This document shows positions 55,921 through 64,000 of a stretch of 64,000 nucleotides of DNA, piece by piece. Within the stretch, counting starts at the first letter, position 1. Each line of letters starts with the position of its first letter. This DNA is from a virus (lineage: Duplodnaviria; Caudoviricetes), in the IMG/VR virus record IMGVR_UViG_3300031853_000039, positions 178 through 64,177 of that record, one strand, 5' to 3'. Under the pieces are notes generated by a model, which saw only the letters and a program-made list of their open reading frames with translations, was not told the origin of the DNA and did no database searches. The translations under genes were made by a program, and so were the position numbers.

Positions 55921-56943
55921 ATGGGACAAATGCTTGACGAGATAATGAAGAATGTAAACAAACAACAGAAAGAGGAGATAATAACAAAAGGATTATCAGA
56001 GTTTTCTTATCAGCGAATACCTTTTACAAGTCCAAGAATGAATTATTGCACGTTCGGAGGTTTGCCAATAGGTAAATTGATTGAGTTTTATGGAGAAGAG
56101 CATGGTGGAAAAACAACAACAGCTTTGGATATTATAGCAAACTATCAGAATATGTTTCCTGAAAAAGAAGTGCTTTTTATTGATGCAGAAAATACACTTG
56201 ATGTTGAATGGGCAACAAAGATAGGAGTAGATGTAGATAAGCTATATATCATACAGCCAAAAAGTCAAAGTGCGGAAGAATTATTCCAAATTATATGTGA
56301 TGCAGTAGATACAGGAGAGATTGGATTGTGGGTGCTTGATAGCATAGGTGTACTTGTATCGGCTCAAGAACTTGATAAAACAATGGAAGATAAAACATAT
56401 GGTGGAATATCAAAGCCACTAACTTTATTTGCAAAAAGAATTGAGCAATTGATGCAACGTCACAAATGCACAGGTATAGGAATAAATCAAGTGCGTGAAG
56501 ATATGAATAGTCAGTGGGGTGGAACTACTACTCCCGGTGGTAAAGCATGGAAACACTGTTGCGCAGTTCGTATGGAGTTTAGAAGAGGTAAGTTTGTAGA
56601 TGCAAAAGGAAATGAGCTTACAAGAAGTGCAGAAAATCCAGCAGGTAATATTGTTATGATGAGTATGACAAAGAATAAAACTTGCCCACCAACAAGAAGA
56701 ACAGGCTTCTATACATTAAACTACGAAACTGGTATTGACTACTTAAAAGACCTTGTAGATGTTGCCATATTGTATGGAATCATAGATAAGCATGGAGCAT
56801 GGTTTGATATTATAGACACAGAAACAGGTGAGATACTTGAGGGTAAGATGCAGGGTCAAGCGAGTGTGTATGAAAAGCTTTCAAGTGATATGAAACTACT
56901 TGAAAAAGTTGAGAATATGATAGAAAAAGCAACGCAGGAATAA
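55921..56943 (+). CDS. recA: RecA-like recombinase
   Basis: GGLPIGKLIEFYGEEHGGKTT, IDAENTLD, VLDSI, INQVRE, TTPGGKAWKH. Confidence 0.93.
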   Translation: MGQMLDEIMKNVNKQQKEEIITKGLSEFSYQRIPFTSPRMNYCTFGGLPIGKLIEFYGEEHGGKTTTALDIIANYQNMFPEKEVLFIDAENTLDVEWATKIGVDVDKLYIIQPKSQSAEELFQIICDAVDTGEIGLWVLDSIGVLVSAQELDKTMEDKTYGGISKPLTLFAKRIEQLMQRHKCTGIGINQVREDMNSQWGGTTTPGGKAWKHCCAVRMEFRRGKFVDAKGNELTRSAENPAGNIVMMSMTKNKTCPPTRRTGFYTLNYETGIDYLKDLVDVAILYGIIDKHGAWFDIIDTETGEILEGKMQGQASVYEKLSSDMKLLEKVENMIEKATQE

Positions 56944-56992
56944 CGAAAAATCGTTACTTTGAAAATTTTTTCAACTTTTTTCAAAAAAAGTA

Positions 56993-57021
56993 TTGACAAA
57001 CATTATATAACGTGTTACAAT
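56993..57021 (+). promoter_or_regulatory. class-1 promoter (copy 4)
   Basis: TTGACA-AACATTATATAACGTGT-TACAAT. Confidence 0.85.
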
Positions 57022-57087
57022 GTGCTTGTGAGTGAGATGAAGCACTTACAAAAACTCAAACAACTCAAAGAAAGCGAGGTAGTCACT

Positions 57088-57783
57088 ATGATAGCAGAAA
57101 TCAAAAGAAACGAAGAGAAGAACGGAATTGAGATTTACTTCAATGTTTATCCGCTTGCAGGAACAAAGTCAACAATGAAGAAAAACGGTTTTCGTTGGAA
57201 TCCGAAGAAAGCTTGTTGGTATGCAAAATATAGTCTTGACGCACAGGCTATTGCAGACATTATTGCAGATACTACTGACGAAGAGTACGCAGAGATAGCA
57301 AAAGAGAATGGCGAGGAAGTTCGTGAGATTTCAACAAGCGCAAAGATAGCACTTGCAACGAGAACAGCAAGAAAAGAACAGCGCAAAGCAAAAGCAAAAG
57401 CAGAGATTAAAAATGACTTTGGCGTAAAAGTTGGTGATGTGTTTGAAATGTCATGGGGTTACGAGCAGACACAGAGCGATTTCTTTCAGGTAGTAGCACT
57501 TGCAGGAAAGAAGTCAGTGCGAATTGTAGAAGTTCAGCCAAGACTTGTCAAAGAAGATGCAGTAAGCCCTATGTCAGCAGATAGAACGTATGATGTTAGT
57601 GGCTGGTTGCCGAAAGTATCTAATTCAATATGGATTGATGACCAGGAAAAAGGTGACCTTAAGAGATTAAAATCTTACAGCGCAGATGGTGTTAGCAATC
57701 CTTTAATCAGTATGTCAAGTTTTTCAAATGCGCATCTTGTGAGCGGAGATAAAATCGAAGTGTATAATAGTTGGTACTATTGA
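57088..57783 (+). CDS. early two-domain protein (polyvalent-protein-associated-type domains)
   Basis: NEEKNGIEIYF..GFRWNPKKACWYAK; VGDVFEMSWGYEQTQSDFFQVV; start moved to 57088. Confidence 0.6.
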   Translation: MIAEIKRNEEKNGIEIYFNVYPLAGTKSTMKKNGFRWNPKKACWYAKYSLDAQAIADIIADTTDEEYAEIAKENGEEVREISTSAKIALATRTARKEQRKAKAKAEIKNDFGVKVGDVFEMSWGYEQTQSDFFQVVALAGKKSVRIVEVQPRLVKEDAVSPMSADRTYDVSGWLPKVSNSIWIDDQEKGDLKRLKSYSADGVSNPLISMSSFSNAHLVSGDKIEVYNSWYY

Positions 57784-57856
57784 TTCAATGGTTGAGCTAA
57801 CGACCATAAACGGGCAAACTAAAAACTATCAAAACTATTAAAAGGAGGTACTTATT

Positions 57857-58408
57857 ATGAGTGCAAACGTAATGACAAGAGAGCAGAAGCTCTACGCAAT
57901 GAGAATGGTTGACCTTGTAGAGGTCGCAGAGAAGCTTGGAGTCAAGATTGACAAGAAGGGTAAGAAGTCTACAGCAGTTTTGAAGATTCTCAAAGCTGAA
58001 GAGAATGTGTCAGGTGATGGAACTCCACTTGCAGAAGTTGGTAAAGAGATTGCACAGCAGGCAAAGGAGAAAGTCGAGAAGCAGAAGAAAGCAAGTACAA
58101 AGAAGAAAAAAGCAAATGAAGGTAGTAAGCCTATTGATATTGCTGACAAAGTTTGTAGCGGTCTGAAGCTTGAACTTACTAGAGCTAAAAACAATGTTGG
58201 AATCAAGAAAGATGGAAAGCGTGTGATTGACATTTGGGGCAGAAAATCAAAAGTGCGCATTTATGTCAATAATGAGTATGCACCGTTTAAGTCACTTGAT
58301 AAAAAGCTTTATGAAATTAAGGGTGTAGCAATTGGAACCCTTAACGTGTCAATGTATGTTGATACCGAGAACATTGAAACTGTAATCAAGCACCTTGTTT
58401 GTGCCTGA
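57857..58408 (+). CDS. Lys-rich hypothetical protein
   Basis: ORF track, RBS aaggagg. Confidence 0.7.
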   Translation: MSANVMTREQKLYAMRMVDLVEVAEKLGVKIDKKGKKSTAVLKILKAEENVSGDGTPLAEVGKEIAQQAKEKVEKQKKASTKKKKANEGSKPIDIADKVCSGLKLELTRAKNNVGIKKDGKRVIDIWGRKSKVRIYVNNEYAPFKSLDKKLYEIKGVAIGTLNVSMYVDTENIETVIKHLVCA

Positions 58409-58449
58409 TTACTTAAATAAAATAATCTCACAGAAAGGAGAGAAGTAAA

Positions 58450-59097
58450 ATGGCTAGATTTAGAATGGAGGACGCAGAAAATTATGGTGGAACAGGAGGT
58501 GCTGGATTTTTCTCATTGAAAAATGATAGAGATACAGCAAGGGTAAGATTTCTCTATGATAGCATTGATGATGTTGAGGGCTATGCAGTACATGAGGTAG
58601 AAATTAACGGAAAGAAAAGAAATGTAAATTGTTTGCGTAGCTATAATGAGCCAGTTGATGCTTGCCCATTTTGTAGAGAGCATAAACCACAGAGGGCAAA
58701 GGTATTTATTCCTATCTATAATGTAGATGAGGGTCAGAATCAGATTTGGGAGCGAGGTAAGAAGATGTTTAGCACATTGACAAGTGTATTTAGTCGGTGT
58801 GATGATGCTCCTATTGTATCACAGGAGTTTGAGATTGAGCGAAATGGTAAACCTCACGATACAAATACTACTTATGGCATTTATCGAACAAAGACTCCAG
58901 CAGATGATATGACTCTTGAAGATTTTGAGGAAGTAAATCTTTCAAATGTTGTACTTGATAAGTCAGCAGAAGATATGGAATACTATCTTGAGAATGGAAA
59001 GTTTCCTTCTGAATCTGCTGAAGAGGAAAGAGTAGTAACAAGAAGAACACAGACAAGAAGAACTCCTGCAACAAGTAATAGAAGGGATGATTTCTAA
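58450..59097 (+). CDS. single-stranded DNA-binding protein (gp32-like)
   Basis: FFSLKND..ARVRFL, NCL..CPFC Zn site, IWERGKK, IERNG..TTY, acidic tail DDF. Confidence 0.8.
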   Translation: MARFRMEDAENYGGTGGAGFFSLKNDRDTARVRFLYDSIDDVEGYAVHEVEINGKKRNVNCLRSYNEPVDACPFCREHKPQRAKVFIPIYNVDEGQNQIWERGKKMFSTLTSVFSRCDDAPIVSQEFEIERNGKPHDTNTTYGIYRTKTPADDMTLEDFEEVNLSNVVLDKSAEDMEYYLENGKFPSESAEEERVVTRRTQTRRTPATSNRRDDF

Positions 59098-61472
59098 TGC
59101 CACTATTTGACTTACCCGAAAGAGCTACTAAAGTCAGAGATAAATCAATTGCAGGCAAGTCCAAGAAAAAAGCCTCCACTGCTGTAAAAAGTGGTGGGGG
59201 CTTACTTGGGAAAATCAATCTAATATCACATCAAGTGGAAACAAAGCTAGGTAAATTCAAAGATGATTATATAGTTATAAGAACGCTTGAGGTATTGAAA
59301 GATTATATAGATTCTTGCATTGAAAATCATTATATCTCAATTGATACAGAAACAACAGGACTTGACCCTTTACAAGATGAGCTTGTTGGTATATGTATTT
59401 ATACAAGAGGTCAAAAAGCGGCTTATATACCCGTAAATCATAAGAGTTATGTTACAGGTGATAAATCTAGTGACCAATTAACTACAATTGAAATTAGACG
59501 TGAATTTGAGCGTTTAACGAGTGCAAAAGTTGACATTGATATGTTCAATGCAAAGTTTGATATACGAGTATTAAGAGCAAATGGTATAAATGTATATTGT
59601 ACGTTTGATGGATTGCTTGCCGCAAAATTGATGAATGAGAATGAATCACACGCATTGAAGATACTACACAAGAAATATTGCTTGCAAGATAAGGAAGATG
59701 CTTTTACTTTTGGTGATTTATTCGCAGGTGTATCTTTTGATTTGATACCAATTAAAGTAGCATACTTATATGCCGCTCATGATGCGATTGTAACAACAGA
59801 GCTATGTGATTATCAAAGGCAATATTTATACTATGACCCTAGTTGCAGTAGAGATGACCGTAATGGTATGAATGGTGTAGGTTGGGTGTTTGACAATATA
59901 GAAATGCCTTGTATATATCCAATAGCAGAAATGGAAGATAATGGTATTGAGTTTGATTTTGATTATCAAAAAGAATTATCTGTGAAATACAATGCAATAT
60001 TGAAGAATAAAAAAGATGATTTTTATGAAGAGTGTAATAAGTATAGTGACAAGATAAATGAGTATATAAAAAGTCATCCTATGAATTGTAAGCTTGAGTC
60101 ACCTATTAACATAGCTAGTCCAGTACAAATAGCGATATTGTTGTATGATATAATAGGAGTTGAGTCAGTAGATAAAAAGAAGCCACGAGGAACAGGAGAG
60201 GATATACTTCTCAAGATTGATTTGCCAATAACTAAAGCTATTCTTGAATATCGAGAAGCTGAAAAATTGGTTTCAACTTATATTGATAAATTGCCTGAAT
60301 GTGTAAATCCAAAAGACGGTAGAATACATTGCAATTTTAATCAGTATGGAGCAAAGACAGGTAGAATGTCAAGCAGTGACCCTAATTTGCAAAACATTCC
60401 AAGCCATAATAAAGACATTAGAAAGATGTTCAAAGCAAGTGATGGTTATGTGCTAATGAGTAGTGATTATTCATCTCAAGAGCCGAAATGCCTAGCCGCT
60501 ATGTGTAAGCAAGCAGGTGACCCACAAATGTATGAAACATTTATGGCAGGAAAAGACTTGTATTCTGAAATAGCAAGTAAGGCATTTAATAAGTCTTATG
60601 AAGAGTGTTTAGAGTTTAATGATGATGGTACTACTAACAAAGAAGGTAAAGAGCGCAGAACACAAGCAAAGAGTATCTTATTGGGAGTGCTATATGGTCG
60701 AGGTGAAGCAAGTGTTGCAGAACAATTGAATGTGTCAGTAGAAAAAGCAAGAGCAATAAAAGAAAGTGTGTTTATAGGATTTCCTGCTATAAAACAATTT
60801 GAAGAAGCTTCACTTGATATGGCTTATGAAAAAGGTTATGTTACCACAGTATGTGGCAGAAAAAGACGCTTGCCCGATTTACAGTTAGAGGAATATGAGT
60901 TTAGTTGGAAAGATGGCGCGCCACCTGACGATGATTTATTAGATTTTGACTCCATGCCAAAACCCAATTATAATACAAATGCTATTCCAGAAAAAACAAT
61001 AAATTATTATTTGCGAAAACTTCATAAATCATGGGGCAGTGAAAAAAGAAAAATATTTGAAGAAGCAAATAGAGAAGGTATTTGGATTGTTGATAATGGA
61101 GCAAAAATAGCAGACGCAGAAAGACAGTGTGTAAATAGTAGAATACAAGGAAGTGCCGCAGACTTAACTAAACTTGCTATGATAGACTTGAATAACAACG
61201 AACGCTTGAAAGAATTAGGATTCAGATTGCTTATACCTGTGCATGATGAAATAATAGCAGAGTGCCCAAAAGAAAATGCTAAAGAGTGTTCAGAGTTGTT
61301 AGCAGGTGTAATGTCAAAGGCGGCTGAAAAGATACTTGAAATGCCTGTTAAGTGTGATGTTGAGGTAACTAAATGTTGGTATGGAGAACGAATTGATGGA
61401 AGCCAAATGAAGGAAAAGGAAACATCTGTGGCAAGAGAGTTTGAAAATCAGATGTTGGGATATTCTAATTGA
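59097..61472 (+). CDS. polA: family A DNA polymerase with 3'-5' exonuclease domain
   Basis: SIDTETTGL, FNAKFD, YAAHDA; TGRMSSSDPNLQNIP, DYSSQEPK, AKSILLGVLYG, NSRIQGSAAD, VHDEI. Confidence 0.95.
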   Translation: MPLFDLPERATKVRDKSIAGKSKKKASTAVKSGGGLLGKINLISHQVETKLGKFKDDYIVIRTLEVLKDYIDSCIENHYISIDTETTGLDPLQDELVGICIYTRGQKAAYIPVNHKSYVTGDKSSDQLTTIEIRREFERLTSAKVDIDMFNAKFDIRVLRANGINVYCTFDGLLAAKLMNENESHALKILHKKYCLQDKEDAFTFGDLFAGVSFDLIPIKVAYLYAAHDAIVTTELCDYQRQYLYYDPSCSRDDRNGMNGVGWVFDNIEMPCIYPIAEMEDNGIEFDFDYQKELSVKYNAILKNKKDDFYEECNKYSDKINEYIKSHPMNCKLESPINIASPVQIAILLYDIIGVESVDKKKPRGTGEDILLKIDLPITKAILEYREAEKLVSTYIDKLPECVNPKDGRIHCNFNQYGAKTGRMSSSDPNLQNIPSHNKDIRKMFKASDGYVLMSSDYSSQEPKCLAAMCKQAGDPQMYETFMAGKDLYSEIASKAFNKSYEECLEFNDDGTTNKEGKERRTQAKSILLGVLYGRGEASVAEQLNVSVEKARAIKESVFIGFPAIKQFEEASLDMAYEKGYVTTVCGRKRRLPDLQLEEYEFSWKDGAPPDDDLLDFDSMPKPNYNTNAIPEKTINYYLRKLHKSWGSEKRKIFEEANREGIWIVDNGAKIADAERQCVNSRIQGSAADLTKLAMIDLNNNERLKELGFRLLIPVHDEIIAECPKENAKECSELLAGVMSKAAEKILEMPVKCDVEVTKCWYGERIDGSQMKEKETSVAREFENQMLGYSN

Positions 61473-62449
61473 AAGGAGCAGTAATGACAAGAGAAATATT
61501 ATTAGAGAGTTTGAAAGCCAATTTAAGAGTATTATCATTAGAAGATTTTTCCAAATTGTTTATCAATGAGGCACAAGCTATTGAAGAATTTTATAAACTG
61601 TGCCATGGAATATCTGCTGGCAAAACAATATCATTGTTGTTTAATCCGCATAGATTATCGACAGTATCTATCCATAATAATTGTGTGCGGAGTATTTATG
61701 ATGGGTTACAGCAAGATGCAAGTTTAAATGGTTTAGCCAGATTGTATTTATATAATCTTGAGCACGGAGTTAATAATGCTTTTTATTCTGCTGTGCAAAG
61801 AGGTTTTGAAGGTATACCATATATAAATGAATTCCCCCCAATAGTAGCAAGAAATATTGTTATGCAGTATGGAATAGATAAGCGTGATAAGACTGTGATA
61901 AAGATTCTTGATCCGTGTGCTGGTTGGGGTGGAAGAATGATTGGTTGCGCAAGCATACTGAATGTTAGTTATACTGCTTGTGAACCGAGTACAATGACAT
62001 TTAATGGCTTGCAAAAATTGGGAAGTTGGTTAAAGCTGTTACAGCCAAGTTTTAGTTTTGATGTAAAGTGTTTGCCCTACGAGGATTTAGAGTGTAATGA
62101 GCAATTTGACATTGCGTTGACTTCTCCACCATATTATGATACAGAGCATTATTCAGATGAGCCGACAAATAGTTTGAATCGCTATAAGTCTTTTGACGAT
62201 TGGGTAGAAGGATTTTACAAGCCTTTGATATTGACAACTATGGAGCGTGTAAAAGATGACGGAGTATTTATTTTAAATGTTGGTGATAGAAAATATCCAT
62301 TGAGCCAAAGTATGTTTAAAGTGTGTGAAGATGCTGGTTTGTACTGTAGTAGGATAAGAGATTATTTAAGCGGTAATGGAGAGGGTAAGGAAAAGTTTTA
62401 TTGTATTTCAAAAAAACAAAAAATAGCAACTCACAATAAACTATTTTAA
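61469..62449 (+). CDS. DNA methyltransferase, alpha class (amino-MTase)
   Basis: Motif I LDPCAGWGGRMIG before motif IV TSPPYYD. Confidence 0.85.
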   Translation: MKGAVMTREILLESLKANLRVLSLEDFSKLFINEAQAIEEFYKLCHGISAGKTISLLFNPHRLSTVSIHNNCVRSIYDGLQQDASLNGLARLYLYNLEHGVNNAFYSAVQRGFEGIPYINEFPPIVARNIVMQYGIDKRDKTVIKILDPCAGWGGRMIGCASILNVSYTACEPSTMTFNGLQKLGSWLKLLQPSFSFDVKCLPYEDLECNEQFDIALTSPPYYDTEHYSDEPTNSLNRYKSFDDWVEGFYKPLILTTMERVKDDGVFILNVGDRKYPLSQSMFKVCEDAGLYCSRIRDYLSGNGEGKEKFYCISKKQKIATHNKLF

Positions 62450-62462
62450 GGAGGAAATAAAA

Positions 62463-63539
62463 ATGAAAATCAAAACACTAAAACTTCAGGAGATGCTTTC
62501 AAAGTCAATTAAGGGAGCAAGTAACAACAAACTAATTCCAATAACATCATTGATAGGAATTAAGTTTGAAAACAAAAAGCTTACATTGACAACCACAGAT
62601 TCAAATAATTATCTTTATGTAACAGATGATACAGCACAAGGTGAAGATATGAATGTGGTTGTAGAAGTAGAAAAGCTTGCACGACTTGTATCAAAGTTTA
62701 CTTGTGATGAAACAGAGATAACAATAACTGATTCTTATCTTGAGGTAAAGGGTAATGGAGTTTATAAGCTTGAGATGCCATTAGATGAAAATGGAGATGC
62801 TATTACATATCCTGACCCATACATCAAAGAAAAGAATGAAATTGATAGCACAGATTCTATGGAAATAAGCAGTGAGTCAATAAGAAAGATTTTGACTACA
62901 GTTAAACCATCAATAGCAGTGACATTAGAAGAGCCTTGCTATACAGGATATTATGTAGGAGAGAGCGTAGTAGGTACAAATAGAGAGGTAGCAACTAATT
63001 ATGCTGTAAATCTATTTAACAAAAATATCTTGATGAGCGGTGAGTTGATGAACTTACTTGAGGTTATATCTTCAGAGAAAATTGAAGTCAAGATAACTGA
63101 TAAATCAATTGTGTTTATTTCACAAGATTGTATTGTGTATGGCAAGCAGATGGAAGGTATAGAGGATTTTGCAATTGATACTATCAAGAAATTCTTTGAT
63201 ATGGGATTTGATTCAATGTGCAATGTATCAAGAGATAAGTTGTTGCAGATATTGGATAGGCTTTCTCTATTTGTTACGGACTATGATAATCAAGCAATCA
63301 CTCTACACTTTACAGATAATAAGCTTGAGATTTCATCGGTTACAGACAATGCTTGGGAAGAGTTGAAGTATATCGAATCAGAAAATCCAAAAGACTTTAT
63401 ATGCAAGATAAACGTGCAATATCTGATGAATCAAGTCAAGGCGCAGGAGTCAGAGAATGTGGAGATTTGGTACGGACTTAACAATGCTATACGCTTGAAT
63501 GAAGGAAAAATCACACAGATTATTGCACTTTTTGCATAA
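62463..63539 (+). CDS. dnaN: DNA polymerase III beta sliding clamp
   Basis: 358 aa, three-domain pattern, LTLTTTDS, VSRDKLLQILDRLSLF, INVQYLMN, C-terminal IIAL. Confidence 0.85.
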   Translation: MKIKTLKLQEMLSKSIKGASNNKLIPITSLIGIKFENKKLTLTTTDSNNYLYVTDDTAQGEDMNVVVEVEKLARLVSKFTCDETEITITDSYLEVKGNGVYKLEMPLDENGDAITYPDPYIKEKNEIDSTDSMEISSESIRKILTTVKPSIAVTLEEPCYTGYYVGESVVGTNREVATNYAVNLFNKNILMSGELMNLLEVISSEKIEVKITDKSIVFISQDCIVYGKQMEGIEDFAIDTIKKFFDMGFDSMCNVSRDKLLQILDRLSLFVTDYDNQAITLHFTDNKLEISSVTDNAWEELKYIESENPKDFICKINVQYLMNQVKAQESENVEIWYGLNNAIRLNEGKITQIIALFA

Positions 63540-63563
63540 CGCAAACTCACGAAAATACGTTAT

Positions 63564-63599
63564 TTTGCCCGATTTTTTACGAGTCGGGCAAATTTTTTT
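63564..63599 (+). terminator. intrinsic terminator
   Basis: TTTGCCCGA..TCGGGCAAA followed by T7. Confidence 0.7.
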
Positions 63600-63610
63600 C
63601 AAAAAAAGTA

Positions 63611-63639
63611 TTGACAAACATTATATAACGTGTTACAAT
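63611..63639 (+). promoter_or_regulatory. class-1 promoter (copy 5)
   Basis: TTGACA-AACATTATATAACGTGT-TACAAT. Confidence 0.85.
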
Positions 63640-63701
63640 GTACTTGAAGTTAAGAGATAGCAAGCGTCAAAGACGCACTCACAGAAAGCGAGGTAAGAGA
63701 T

Positions 63702-63863
63702 ATGATAGAAGAAAGAAGATTAAAAGATTATAAAGGCTATCAAGTTTGGAAATGTGTAGACGATAGTGGTAAGGAAAAAGAAGTATTTTATATGTTGAAT
63801 ACACAAGATGGTGATAATGTAAATGTATATAAGACACTCAAAGAACTCAAAGCAGATGCGTGA
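63702..63863 (+). CDS. 53-aa early hypothetical protein (not in track)
   Basis: RBS gaggt, MIEERRLKDYKGYQVWK... Confidence 0.55.
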   Translation: MIEERRLKDYKGYQVWKCVDDSGKEKEVFYMLNTQDGDNVNVYKTLKELKADA

Positions 63864-63880
63864 AAGGACAAGTGATTGAT

Positions 63881-64000
63881 ATGTCAAGAAAGATGTCAAC
63901 GTATATTATTTACTACACAGACAAGACAGGATATGCAGATGGATTTACTGTGTATGGTAGCAAAAGATTATTTGAATCTTTGAAATGGCTTCATGCAGAA
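63881..64000 (+). CDS. 3'-truncated hypothetical protein
   Basis: ATG 63881, open to the window end. Confidence 0.55.
   Translation, partial: MSRKMSTYIIYYTDKTGYADGFTVYGSKRLFESLKWLHAE

Noticed and set aside
1-64000. Stop-codon reassignment (alternative genetic code)
   Set aside because: Long genes are intact under the standard code and TAA, TAG and TGA all terminate genes; no suppressor tRNA
1-64000. Lysogeny module
   Set aside because: No tyrosine/serine integrase, divergent cI/cro pair or ParA/ParB was recognised

Overview
The window is a contiguous tailed-phage genome (siphovirus-type, A118-like morphogenesis genes). It is AT-rich, every credible gene is on the + strand, and there are Firmicutes-style RBSs and sigma-A promoters, so the host is probably a gut clostridial/Lachnospiraceae-type bacterium (inference). 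It may be nearly the whole circularly permuted genome. Modules: (i) replication/recombination (43.7-63.5 kb and 0.3-4 kb): initiator, DnaC-like loader, DnaB, primase, gp32-like SSB, family A polymerase, RecA, RecU, Hjc-like and Cas4-like nucleases, two SNF2-type helicases, two DNA methyltransferases, and a complete bacterial-type beta clamp plus gamma/delta/delta-prime clamp loader. (ii) Small early genes, tRNA-Gln and tRNA-like RNAs (4-10 kb). (iii) Two proteins sharing an N-terminal tag but carrying different enzyme domains (zeta-type kinase; SAM-lyase-like), just before terS. (iv) Packaging, head and tail genes, with a fibre cassette and lysis genes inserted in the head module. (v) A self-contained operon at 39.2-43.1 kb of low-complexity, Cys-rich and BclA-CTD-like proteins plus a papain-fold enzyme, resembling a coat or matrix-building system. 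No integrase, repressor pair, reverse transcriptase or CRISPR array was seen. All family assignments come from motif recognition by eye, not database searches.
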